DNA from: Octopus bimaculoides
Lineage: Eukaryota
Reading direction: 5' to 3'
NCBI RefSeq assembly: GCF_001194135.2
Contig: NC_068990.1
Location: 11,076,130-11,124,354 of the forward strand
DNA length: 48,225 nucleotides
Position 1 is the stretch's first letter. Each line of letters starts with the position of its first letter. The notes beneath the pieces are model-generated. The model was not told where the DNA came from. It searched no databases and saw only the letters and a program-made list of their open reading frames with translations. Shown here one piece after another: positions 24,665 to 35,859 of this stretch. The position numbers and the translations under genes were made by a program.

Positions 24665-24957
24665 ACAAAGTATGGGGGTTTAGTTCAGTGGTGATCTAAA
24701 CGATTAGGCATACGCTTGGTAAGTGCTGTAATGGATTACTGGGGCTCCAAGTTTATAGCCGAGACGGTAGTTATGGAGCCATTGCAGATTTCCGATGCAG
24801 CGGATATATAATTGTTAAACAGGACAGCAAACATTGAGGCAAGGCAAACATCACATACTATAGGAAACAGCTGTAAGATTTTGAATTTCTTCTTGTAATA
24901 CTATTGTATACGATTTGAGATGTTTGCCTTGCCTTAGTGTTTCCTGTCCTGTTTAAC
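24665..24957 (+). repeat. Element E copy 2: forward part followed by an inverted copy of its own 3' portion
   Basis: 24665-24856 is colinear with copy 1. The reverse complement of 24862-24957 aligns to 20812-20905. The two halves form a hairpin between 24814-24856 and ~24915-24957. Confidence 0.85.
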
Positions 24958-25060
24958 TGCTAAGTTACGGTAACATAAACACACCAACATCGGACGTGAA
25001 ACGACGGTGGGAGACAAACAGACGCAATGACACAGACACACACACAAACATGCTCACACT

Positions 25061-25094
<34 letters not shown>

Positions 25095-25101
25095 TACACA
25101 C

Positions 25102-25132
<31 letters not shown>

Positions 25133-25325
25133 CGTGCGTGTATGTGTGTGTGTCTGTGCCATTGCGTCTGTTTGTCTCCCACCATCGTTTCACGTCCGAT
25201 GTTGGTGTGTTTATGTTACCGTAACTTAGCAGTTTGGCCTAAGAGAACAGTAGATAACTTCGACTAAAATTCCTCAAGGTCGTGCCCCACCACGGCCACA
25301 GTCTAATAAATGAAACAAGTAAAAA
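24955..25325 (-). mobile_element. SINE family C (25150-25325, minus) plus an inverted partial duplicate (24955-~25050)
   Basis: The arms from 24955 and ending at 25234 are reverse complements, with 2 mismatches in the non-microsatellite part. Confidence 0.9.
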
Positions 25326-25366
25326 CTGTCTAAATTTACGTATTTACGTTTCTGGGCAACAGCTTT

Positions 25367-25385
25367 TATTATTATTATTATTATC

Positions 25386-25442
<57 letters not shown>
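25367..25442. repeat. (ATT)n microsatellite
   Basis: Directly visible. It gives the poly-Leu ORF 25282..25515. Confidence 0.97.
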
Positions 25443-25919
25443 GTATTCTAGTTTAGTCGAGTTCTTTCTTAATCTCTTTTCTTATGATTCTCCAGCAGGT
25501 GGTTTCCAGCGATGAAGTTCCTATATTCTTTACTTCAGCTCACAGTCTTGTCTCGTATGTGCTACCGCCCGTCCGTCCACAGCAGATAGCGCCAATGTGA
25601 TTCGTGTAGATGTTACCTCCAAAATTATTATTTTGAATGTTAAATTCACACACCAGCAGTCAAATTCTTAGTCTTATTTATGACTAAATCATTTTGTTTG
25701 TGCATTTCTTTAGAAGCTCCATCATTAATCCTTCATATATTAGAGAATAATGTTCTCGTATCTCGCATTGTCTTGTGTCGTGCACTCAAAAAATTCCAGT
25801 TGATCCTTGTTGTAAGTACATTGTAAGTCGACGGGAGAGTAATCTACATGTATGACCGACATAATTGTTTTCAGTCATGAAGTTTGTAACTTTCCCGTTT
25901 GCAACCAGACTTACAGATT

Positions 25920-26630
25920 GTATTAATTATTAGTAGTTGTTCCCGCCCTTGTATTCTTATAGCTGTGGCTGATAAGAATGCTTATATTAGTGTTTTTGTA
26001 ATATAGTATTAATACTAATTTTTGGTTTACTAATACATTTTGTCTCAAGGCGATTTTAATCATATATTCATCGATTCTGTAGCTAGTATGCGTTTGATTC
26101 ATATAACATACGTTATGCATGGTTTCCATATTTTTAAAAGATGTGTTATCTGATGTATTTGTTGCTTCTGCTTTCGATTCGTTCTATGTTTTCGTGTTGA
26201 GTTTGACGGAAATTCGATAAGTATTTGTTTTATTCTCTGGCTTATTTATCTTGTTCGTCATTTGTGGTAGAGAATATAACTGCTCTTCTAAGTAAGATTT
26301 TATCTGACATTTCGTACATGTATAGACATACTGTGTCTCGCCATATATAACTTTCGTATAACCAGACGTGATCTATCTGTTGTTTTCTATCTGGATGCTT
26401 ACATTTAGAGACAGTGATTCTATATTGCAAAGCATCCTTTCTGTACTGCTCCGTATGTACAGACAACATGTAAACATTTGTCTCAATATGTAATATTTTC
26501 GTGTACAAATTGAGGATCGGTTTCCATACTGTATCGGGATTGCACCATCGACGGAGTAATTTCTTTATATGTCCACAGAAACTTGCCCTATAAAGTTGTG
26601 TTACTGTTGGAATAAGTATATCCAATTGAC
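25920..26630 (-). mobile_element. Remnant of an RLE-type non-LTR retrotransposon 3' end (R4/Dong-like)
   Basis: HTEQYRKDALQYRITVSKCKHPDRKQQIDHV...YIWRDTVCLYMY resembles AQEQA..T....I.....CR.C....ETI.Hi...C...Y..RHD.V...I (CCHC knuckle). It is followed by KQILIEF...KY-like restriction-like endonuclease residues and a degenerate TAA-rich tail. Confidence 0.55.
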
Positions 26631-27359
26631 CGATTTACATATATAACGCATTCTTGACAGTTATACAAATATGTAATGCACTAAAAGTGTGTTGTTAAAA
26701 TGGTATATCTAAACATTTTAACCATCAATGTGTATATAGTAAGCACATAGTATTTAGATATAATAAATTAGTGAACAGAGAAAAAGATCGGCTGCTGGAT
26801 TTTCAAACCAGTTCGGGTTTTCAATAGCGACAGATTAATTTCTTTAACTGTATACAAATTTTCTCCGTTTAATGTTGTTAATGCTTATGGATTATGTAAA
26901 TCGGAAAGACTATTTGCACATATACAATATTCTATCGGCTGTTTGATTAAATATATGCGGGAGCGTTCAAGGCTAAACTGTTGATTGTGTGAGTGGATTA
27001 TTTACATTATTTACAATTGATGGATATTTGATGATGATGATGATGAGAATCCAATATCGGAGTGTATCTACTCAAGGTAGTACTTTATATAGAACCAATG
27101 TGTTTATACATGTCTTTATGAAGTGTTACTAAAGACCAAAAATGTTGTTAAATAACGTAAATCATTGCAACGACTAGCAATGCATTTAGGGAATAACAAC
27201 GAATACTTTATATGTTCCAAGCGTTATGGACGATTTAATCAGAATATCATTTATATTGGGTTTATATGAAGTACCTCAATCCAGTGTTAAAGGGAATACA
27301 TGAGTTGAAACTCCTTGGGTAATGATTTTGCCTGTTTATGACTGTATTGTGTATATATA

Positions 27360-27735
27360 ATTAATACAGACAGCTGTGGGCAATGTTTTACCAAAAAGAA
27401 AAACTATGGTATGACTAGGGAGTTAGAACACCTACAATGCTAGAAATAATAGCTAAAAAACACTAACGCTGTAGTTAAAGTACCTAACTGTATTCATGTG
27501 TACTAACAGGGAGTGTAATCACCCGAAAGTACCGGTCGATAATTCCCTACACTAATCGGTCAGTTTCGGTTTATTCCGTAGCCTCATCAGTAGAGACCGT
27601 TCAACTCGGCTGATCCCGGACTTAATTCTCTGTCAGTACATATATATTCACCATAAAAATCTATGCATGATTTAGGGAATTGATAATGTGTATACAAAAC
27701 ATTAATACAGACAGCCGTGTGCAATGTTTTACCAA
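27360..27735. repeat. 341-bp unit bounded by 35-bp direct repeats (27360-27394 and 27701-27735)
   Basis: attaatacagacagctgtgggcaatgttttaccaa versus attaatacagacagccgtgtgcaatgttttaccaa, 33/35 identical. Confidence 0.9.
27544..27596 (-). ncRNA. Type I hammerhead ribozyme motif, degenerate and probably inactive as written
   Basis: The minus strand reads TCTCTA-CTGATGA-GGCTACGGAATAAACC-GAAA-CTGA-CCGA-TTAG-T-G-TAGGGA. Stem I is 6 bp, the core CUGAUGA/GAAA is intact, stem III is 5 bp with a tetraloop and stem II is weak. The cleavage triplet is GUG rather than GUH. Confidence 0.68.
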
Positions 27736-27739
27736 GTGT

Positions 27740-27950
27740 GCTGAAACGTCCTTGGCTGTAAGGGTATCACGACAGGCCTGGTTGGAGGCCCTACATGCCG
27801 AGTTCTTTTACAGGGATTTCAAAAACTGAAGGAATGCTGCAGTCAGTGTGTGAATCTGAGAAGTGAATATGTTGAATAAAATCATAATTAACTGATCTTC
27901 CTTTATTTTCTTTTACCCAAAGCCAAGAACTTTTCAACACCTTTCGTATA
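27740..27950 (+). mobile_element. mariner 3' remnant with right TIR
   Basis: GFQKLKECCSQCVNLRSEYVE* matches the mariner end Gi.kL.eRw.kCv...GeYvE*. It is followed by a TIR-like gccaagaacttttcaacacctttcgta. Confidence 0.8.
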
Positions 27951-29029
27951 TCATTATATTTATACATCTATATATATATACATATGCATATTGATATTAT
28001 ACATATATACGTATGCACGGGAGTGTATGCATATCAGTGTGTCCTCATTTGTGCGTGTATACGTATGTATATACATTATCTAAATTCTTAATTATTTCGT
28101 TTGAAGTACTTTAACATATTATTCCTAAATATCTTCTAGTGAATATAAATAAATTGTCAAAATCACTACCACGTTAAGCCAAGATCTTCTCTTTGGATTA
28201 CAAAAGTCCCCTTTTAAAACTATGATTTTTGATAGTGGAATACTTCCAAAGGAAAGCTAGTTTTAATTTCTCGGAAACTATCAAGAAATACGATTATTTA
28301 TTTAAGCTATCATTGTATATTTAGTCATTGCTGCTATCATTATATTTCGATTTTGTTTTGTGCTTTTTTTAATATTTTTATCTTCATTTTCTACTCAGCT
28401 AACTTCGATTATGATCGCATTTTCATGGCGTCTTTTTTTTAATGTATTTTGTTCAAATTCCGGGCTACATAAATCTTACTCGTGTTTTTTTTTCTTTCTC
28501 TTTATACTCTTCCATATTAAAATCTTTGCAAATAAACACACACGAAAAAACATGTTTCTGATTTACTGGCATTATAATATGTTCACCCAAATCGCAATCC
28601 ATTATTTTCGGAGATTGTTGTTCTGGCTTTCCTCTCAATTTTGTTTATTTAAAATATCTTTTCTACTCTCAAAATGATATTTTTAAACGAATATCAAATT
28701 TATCTTGGAACATAGTTGAATGTAATGTTTTAGGCAACATCTTAAATTCGATGCGATTTTTTTTTTTTGCAGAATTTTCGCCGTTCTTCTTTTTCATAAG
28801 AATTCCATGTTAAATATTAAATAGCCATAAATTAAGAAGTACTAAATGAATATTTTCAACATTTGAAGTTACACAAATGATAATAATTAATGTTAATGCC
28901 ATAATTTAAAATGGAATAGCGAAAATATTATGAAGTAATATTATTGTTATTATTATTATTATTAGAAAATATTTTTTAATTCTGAAAAGATACTAAAATC
29001 AACTGAAAATAAATATTGGTTTCAAATTG

Positions 29030-29194
29030 TGGCACAAAGATAGACAATTCGGGGGAGGGGTAAGTCAATTACATCGACCTTGTTATTTATTTTATCTTCC
29101 TCGATAGGATGAAAGGCACTGTTCAACTCGGTGGCATTTGACTTCAGACAGATGAAATACTGCTAAATTCGCCCGGCGTGCTAACGATTCTGCT
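29030..29194 (-). mobile_element. SINE family A, degenerate
   Basis: ggatgaaaggca...cgcccggcgtgctaacgattctgc is the reverse complement of the family A head. Confidence 0.8.
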
Positions 29195-29499
29195 TTAAAC
29201 TGAAAATGAATATTTAAAATATATAATATATTGTAATAAAAGAAATATGTGACAATCAAAGATATATGGAATATAGATAGACAGACAGACTGACAGACAG
29301 GCTAAATTCGGTGTAGCAACCACAATTACACGATCAGAAATTCGATAAAAAATTTCCGGTATTATGCTTAAACATATATCCTTTTCCAACGAATCAACGC
29401 ACAATTCCCTCAGTGTTTCAGTAACAAATTCAATATTTTACGTGTGATTGGTTTCCCTCAAATATTCATAGTCATGCAATTTTACAATGGCAAAAAAAA

Positions 29500-30160
29500 A
29501 CTACACTAAGGGCTGCGATATCAATTTCTAGCCTGGACATTTCATGTGCAATGAGAGCGGACCCGCGTTCTGGGTGATCTCTGTTAACTGAGTCAAGAAT
29601 GGTTCTGATGTTCCAACATGCGATCTTCAGACAACATTTGAAGGGTCTTCGGGTTTTTCCTTTTTGTAGTTGTACATATTTGACCGCTTGAAGAAGATTC
29701 CCGATGGCCGCGGTTTGCCAACTGGGTGTGCAAGAGACGAGCTTTCTTTAGGCCAACTTTTCTAGGCCCCTCTCCATGGGGAGCAAGCAGTGCTCTCTCT
29801 AGATAAAGCTGCTTGGTCCTTCGGAATGCTGTCAAGTGTTGCTGTCGTCTCCGACCCAATACTAGACCTCCGATCCGCCTGCATGCAAGTTGGGAGCTGC
29901 GGATTCCAGTGACATCTTCCACTTACCGTTTCCTCTCCAATCGTTACATGGCTTTGAGAGTTGTGATCGTGGTCGAGGACATGGACAAATCCTTCGACCT
30001 GCGCGATGTAGTTTTAAGGTGAAGTGTAGTCTGCGCAGAACTGACCCCTCCCTCTGCACCCGGAGTTCATCTGCTGTGCACCAGCAAGCTGGAACGATGA
30101 CAGAGAGGTCCTCTGATTGTATAGCGGAGTGTCCTTCTCCTAGATAAGCTGCCGATCATG
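29500..30160 (-). mobile_element. RTE LINE 5' portion: GC-richer 5' UTR and start of the AP endonuclease
   Basis: The minus frame at ~29640-29505 reads LKIACWNIRTILDSVNRDHPERGSALIAHEMSRLEIDIAALS, the RTE endonuclease N-terminus (WN.RT...RPERR.Al.a.EL.R..IDIAALSE). Confidence 0.9.
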
Positions 30161-30189
30161 GCTAACGAGTCCCATATGTATATAAATAG

Positions 30190-30356
30190 GACCAGGCGTG
30201 GCTGTTTCATAAGACGGTTCTTTCCTAACCACATAGTTCCATGTCCAAAGCCATTGCTTGACACATAGAGCAAGTGTCTTCTACTATAACCTCGTGCTGA
30301 CTACCAAGGCTTTACGAAACAATTTGGCAAGCGGAAATTAAGAGGATTCTATCGAA
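30190..30356 (+). mobile_element. SINE family B, degenerate
   Basis: aggcgtggctg...gcaagtgtcttctactataacctcg... Confidence 0.75.
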
Positions 30357-30371
30357 TATATTTATAGATAT

Positions 30372-30752
30372 GTAGAGGCACAATGACCCAGTGGTTAGGG
30401 CAGCAGACTCGCGGTCGTAGGATTGCAGTTTCGATTCCCAAACCGGGCGTTGTGAGTGTTTATTGAGCGAAAACACCTAAAGCTCCACAAGTCTCCGGCA
30501 GGGGTGGTAGCAAACCCTGCTGTACTCTTTCACCACAACTTTCTCTCACTCTTTCTTCCTGTTTCTGTTGTACCTGTATATCAAAGAGCCAGCATTGTCA
30601 CACTCTATGTCACTCTGAATCTCCCCGGGAACTACGTTATGGGTACACGTGCCTCTGGAGTGCTCAGCCACTTACACGTTAATTTTACGAGACGGCTGTT
30701 CCATTGATCCGATCAACTGGAATCCTCGTCGTCGTAACCGACGGAGCGCAAA
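30372..30752 (+). mobile_element. tRNA-derived SINE family D, near full length
   Basis: tRNA-like head gacccagtggttagggcagcagactc...gtttcgattccc. A homologous head occurs at 45955. Confidence 0.88.
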
Positions 30753-30859
30753 GATATAGATATAAAGAGTAAAAATAAAGTGCTCGAAATAAGAACGTTT
30801 TTCATAGTTTGGGTATTTGACAACCCTTTTTAGCATATAAGAGGACCAAGTAGTGGTCT

Positions 30860-30925
30860 TCTCACTAAAATTGTTCTAGGCGGTACCTCAGCATGAAAGC
30901 TGTTTGATGACTGAAAGAAGTAAAG
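30860..30925 (-). mobile_element. SINE family C fragment
   Basis: aggcggtacctcagcatg...gatgactgaaagaagtaaag matches the family C end at 9400-9450. Confidence 0.6.
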
Positions 30926-31724
30926 TCTTAAAACATAACAGATTTTATATATATGTGTATGTATGTATGTATGTATGTATGGATGGATGGATGGATGGAG
31001 GGAGGGAGGGATGGATGGATGGATGTATACTAGTGTAAACACGCTATCTTTAAAATAGCAGGTTTCACATTAGTGTGATATGCGTAAGTATACATATGGC
31101 ATGCATGAGAGAAGAATACAGGCTAGACATGCAGCAGGAATGAAATAATGGACAACGTGAAGTAGAGCTAAAAGTTGAAATGCAATTCTGCTAAGAGTAC
31201 ATTCATTTATAAAGTAATAAAAAAAATTACTACCTAAATACTGCCGATGAATTTTATTTTAAATATATATATATTCTCACTACGATGTATTTTTAATGCA
31301 GTTAGTGTTGGATAGAAAGCACAATATCATCATAAATACAGTTATCTTACCTATGTTTAAGTGTCGTCAAAAACTGAGCTCATCTCATTCATATCATTGA
31401 CACACTTTTGATGCAAACCTAATGAAAGAAGTACATTCATTGTTTATATAAATCATGCAGTCTTGATTATTAAATGTTGTTACATATAAAATGAGAGTTA
31501 GGCGAAGCAAGCTGATATGTAGATATATAAAAATAAATATAATGTTACTATTATTTATGTGAAAGAAATGGGCATATATATATATACATAAAAGCCCACC
31601 GAATTTGTTTTGTCATAATTCCACATAATTTATAGATATTTTCTATAAATATAATTTAGATGGTTTAGATTCCGTTTATACTTAATTTTTTTTTTTGTAT
31701 AAAAAGCTGACTTCGGGAGCGTGG

Positions 31725-32600
31725 GGAGAGAAGGTTCAGAAAATTCATACATGATGGATTTGTTTCCACAAAATTTTTGGAAAATAGGTATTTTTAAATG
31801 AACATTTCGACAAATACCCTTCTGAGTGTGTAGATTACATTCATATCAGAATCTAATGCACAAATAAAAACTGGTAGGATAGAACATATATATATTAATC
31901 ATTTTGTTCTTCTTAAAATTTATAATCACCATAAATTGCTATAATTCGAATCTACAACATCTGAAGCGTATTTGTAGAAAATTTTATTAAAAAATATTTT
32001 TTCTGAAAGTTACGAGGAAAGAAATTATTTGGGGCACATATGTGTGGGTATGTTTCTGCTAACTCCAGTCGTTGATATAGACATACGCAAATGTGCCCCC
32101 ACTGAAAATCAGGGTATTTTTCAAAGAAAGTTTCTTTAATTATAATTCTGATGGTGCAGCTTTTGATTATATATATGGATTTGTTGTGAAAAAATGCATT
32201 CGAGAGAGAGAAGATTCAGGAAATTCACATGGGTCGGCTTTACTTTCACACAACTTTCAGAAAAATAGATATTTTTATATGAAGTTTTAAACAAATACAT
32301 TTCAATGTTTATATATTTAATACGCAAATAAATATTGGTGGGGTAGCAAGCAAATATACTAACACTATTCACGTTTTATTTTTTCTGTAAAATTTATAAT
32401 CACAACAAATTCCAACAGAATCATATCAAATTCAGATATAACCGGAATCTATACCATCTGAAGCATGTTTGTAGGAAATTTAATTGAAAAATATGCATAT
32501 CTGTGGAAGTTATGAGGAAAGAATTTCGTTGGAACAAATACGTGAAGGTATGCTTCAGCTAACTGTATATCGTTGCGCATGCGTTGCGGGAAGTCTGTAA
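31725..32600. repeat. Diverged tandem duplication, period about 475-480 bp
   Basis: gagagaag.ttcag.aaattca at 31726 and 32206; taaaatttataatcac at 31914 and 32388; catctgaagc, aagtta.gaggaaagaa and ggtatg.ttc.gctaact occur in both units. Confidence 0.85.
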
Positions 32601-32744
32601 TAAACGTTTATTAATTTAGATAGAATGAGATATACATGGTGGTTATATATGCGGAGTTTGATCGCATGGTTAAAAGCTTAGCTTTGCAACATCGGGCTCT
32701 GGGTTCAAACGCACACTGTGTCTTGTCTTAATATCATTCTGTTA

Positions 32745-33867
32745 CCTAATGATGATCCATACCATATAAGTGAAATTTAGTTTATTTTTCATCATAGTCC
32801 CCCTTGCAGTCCACACACTTCTTCCACCGATGTTGTAAAACTTGAATCCCATCAGTCAAGAATTGTTCAGCTTGTTTATAAAAAAAAAACTCACGAACAC
32901 CAGATACGACATCATCATCATCGCGATACTGCTTCTCTGCCAAATGCTTTTCGTGTTCGGAAAGAGATAATAGTAAGACGGAACCAAAGGAGAAAAATAG
33001 GGAGAGTGATCAACAAGTTCAAAGCTTCAGTCACGCACCGCCGTCGCTGAAACGTAGGTCTTCTGTGCTGGAGCATTGTCGTGATGAAACAATGCCTCTT
33101 TCGTTAGTTTTCTTTTTCCCTGCAGATGAAACGACCATGAATTGGTAGTTCTTTGGAGCAGGTGAGGAGGGATGTTTTCACTGCATGGACTGTCTCTTTG
33201 TCTCTAGTTTAAATTGATGAGCCCAACACTCATCTTGGCTAAAGAAACGTTCAAGGAAACCAGCTACATCTGCCTGAAATGATGTATGATTTTCCCGTAA
33301 TGTGTACTTTTGATCAGGTGTCAGAAGCCATAGCATCCATCGAGCAGAACTCACCGACATTCCAAGTTCATTGTACAGGATATTCTCAAATCGCTCACGG
33401 GATATGCTAATAGCATTGGCTATTTCATTCATCTTCAATCGCCTGTCATCTATCATCATGTGGTGAACACGATCAAGTTTTTGCCTCGGTGGTGCAGATT
33501 CAGGACATCCAGACCTTGGGTCCCCTTCAAGACTCTCCGTTCTCCTACTAGATTCAGTTGTTCCCTTTTGCACTGATGAGAAAGATGGAGCGTCATCCCT
33601 AATGTAGTAAGCATATCAGCAGGAATGTTTTTGGGACCTAAACCATTTTCTGTAGGAACTTGATAAAAACAATGCCAAATTTTCTCCATTTCCAAAAGAA
33701 GTCGCTACTAGTTACATTCGATGTCTTTGAGCAGTCAGATGCCAGCTTAGCTGGGAATAAACAATGCCGTTACTAATGAGAGGATCTGAAATTAATGCAT
33801 GCATGATTTCACAGCTCTAACTTCACTCCTTCATACACAGTCTATGAACTTTTCAGCCCACCGTCGT
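32745..33867 (-). mobile_element. Decayed, near full-length mariner transposon
   Basis: Motifs: SLEGDPRSGCP; DDRRLKMNEIANAISISRERFENILYNELGM..SARW..WLLTPDQK; QDECWAH; C-terminus GIQVLQHRWKKCVDCKGDY. A left TIR-like acgacggtgggctgaaaagttcatag lies at 33867. The right TIR is not found. Confidence 0.92.
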
Positions 33868-34048
33868 TTGTCACATCGATTCAAATTAAGGGCTACAATA
33901 ACGGTACACGTTAATTCTGGAGCAGATAATTCATTTGAATGACCTGAATCATTATCGTTGAACAACGGAGATCCACAATCTTGGGTGAATATAAATATAT
34001 GTTGATAATATTCACATTTTAAATACAATGACACACACACACACATGC

Positions 34049-34082
<34 letters not shown>

Positions 34083-34445
34083 ATAAATGATAAATGTTTA
34101 TGTTTATACACTTTCATGTATGCATATATATATATGTCGGCATGAATTAAAGAGCTGCATTGAAAACAACACATAATGTAGCAAGCATTCTGAAGCATTT
34201 TTCTGTGTACTAGGAAAACCTGAACCAGTAAACACTAAGAAATATGGAGCCTGAAAATGTCCGGAAAGGAAAAGAATGTTTAAAAAAATAGAAAGATTTC
34301 CTCTGTTATTAGACAAACATTATTAATATTGAAAAAATTACAAAAAAATTCATGTAAAAAGCTATAGTAATTTGAAACCTAAAATCACATGAAGACATGA
34401 TCTACAATACATTTCCATTTTGGTATTTTACATCTAGAGATAAAG

Positions 34446-34481
<36 letters not shown>

Positions 34482-34699
34482 CGACACACACACGACACAC
34501 ACACCGACACACACACACATTCGTGTGTATGTTCGTCTGTCTGAATGTGTATGCTGTGCCATCATATATGTTTTTACGCTTCCCTATTGGTTCTACTCGA
34601 GATGAATATATGAGTGTAAAATTTATAGTCAACACCAATATTGAAATTTATTAATTTCCTGGATATTACGGATTCCCAACATCTATGTAGATCAATCAT

Positions 34700-34806
34700 C
34701 TTTCCTATTATTATGACAATGCATTAGCATTATTAAGCCTTTCAATCTCGCTTCCTATTATTATAACAGCCTTTCAATCACGCTTCGTATTATTGTAACA
34801 ATGCAT
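34700..34806. repeat. Small mosaic tandem repeat, 32-bp unit
   Basis: gcctttcaatc(t/a)cgcttc(c/g)tattatt(a/g)taaca occurs twice, flanked by partial ttcctattattatgacaatgcattag copies. Confidence 0.8.
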
Positions 34807-35119
34807 TAGTAGAGACTGGCTTCAACGACAGAATATAATGTATGCAGCATGCCAATGGCACGCATACATATATAAATAAGGCAATAAAGATTATTTGGTT
34901 CCAACCCCGCTTTAATTTTGAGGTCATTTCTAGCGTTCCAAAATGATTGTTGGAAATCAGACATTAAAGTCCCCCGAAACCCACAGTGATAGAACGATCT
35001 TTTTTAATAAAAAATATAATGAAGGTTATCTATCGAGGTACTGAAAATCTTGTTAATCAATATCAAGAGTAAACAGAAGGAAATGAATATACAAAATAAA
35101 TTGTAAAGTGGTCTACACT

Positions 35120-35480
35120 TCCATCGCATTCCAATTATAGCAGAACTATTTCTTGTCCCTCGAATGGAAAGCACCTTGAAAGAGTGTCGATATACAGAGC
35201 TACAGTCACTTACTTTACAATAAAGACCGAAAATATATCGATCTCGCAGAAATTCATTTAAAATCTAATACGGGAAACAACTCTTGTCTATTCTCCATCC
35301 AAAACACCAAATTTCCATTATTGGCACCTTAAAGGGGAATTATCAACTATACAAAAATAGACTGGAAAGCGATTGAAAATCCATTGATCATCAACAAAAT
35401 AAAATGCTATCATGGAAAACCGTTAATACAGACGTTTTACAAAAATTATCACACAATACCGGCAACAAAGCATCAGAAAT
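35120..35480 (+). mobile_element. Penelope-like GIY-YIG endonuclease remnant
   Basis: SCPSNGKHL...IYRATVT...YWHLK matches CPl.G.CL...iY.AtV....YIG...FK.Ry.nH...T.LS...W.LK. Frameshifted. Confidence 0.7.
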
Positions 35481-35859
35481 AACATCAGGATAAGGTTTTA
35501 TATTAACCAAAATAATTTTTCAGCCACACACACACAAATACACACATGCACAGAGAGAGAGAGAGAGAGAGAAAGAACGGGAGGGAGAGCGTGAGAGAAA
35601 AATAGAGAGTGATACATAATTATATATATGTATGTATGTATCTGGCGGGGTTCGAAGCGAAGTAATAGTGCGTAAAACCTCATGTGAATGAACTAATGAC
35701 AGATGTTTATGTTTTTATGAGTCTCCGAGGATAATTTTTGCTGCACGCGTATTTGACAAGACTTGTCATTGTTTTGATAATTGTACGAACTACGACCATT
35801 AAATGCAAGTGCATTTTAACAACAGAAGTGAAGCAGACACTGATGTTTTTTTGCATTCG

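Noticed and set aside
29560-30160. GC-richer island with overlapping ORFs, as a possible promoter or gene
   Set aside because: It is explained as RTE 5' UTR leading into the endonuclease frame.
30372-30450. tRNA-like sequence as a tRNA gene (also at 45955 and the family B heads)
   Set aside because: It continues directly into SINE bodies and lacks a complete cloverleaf and a pol III terminator.
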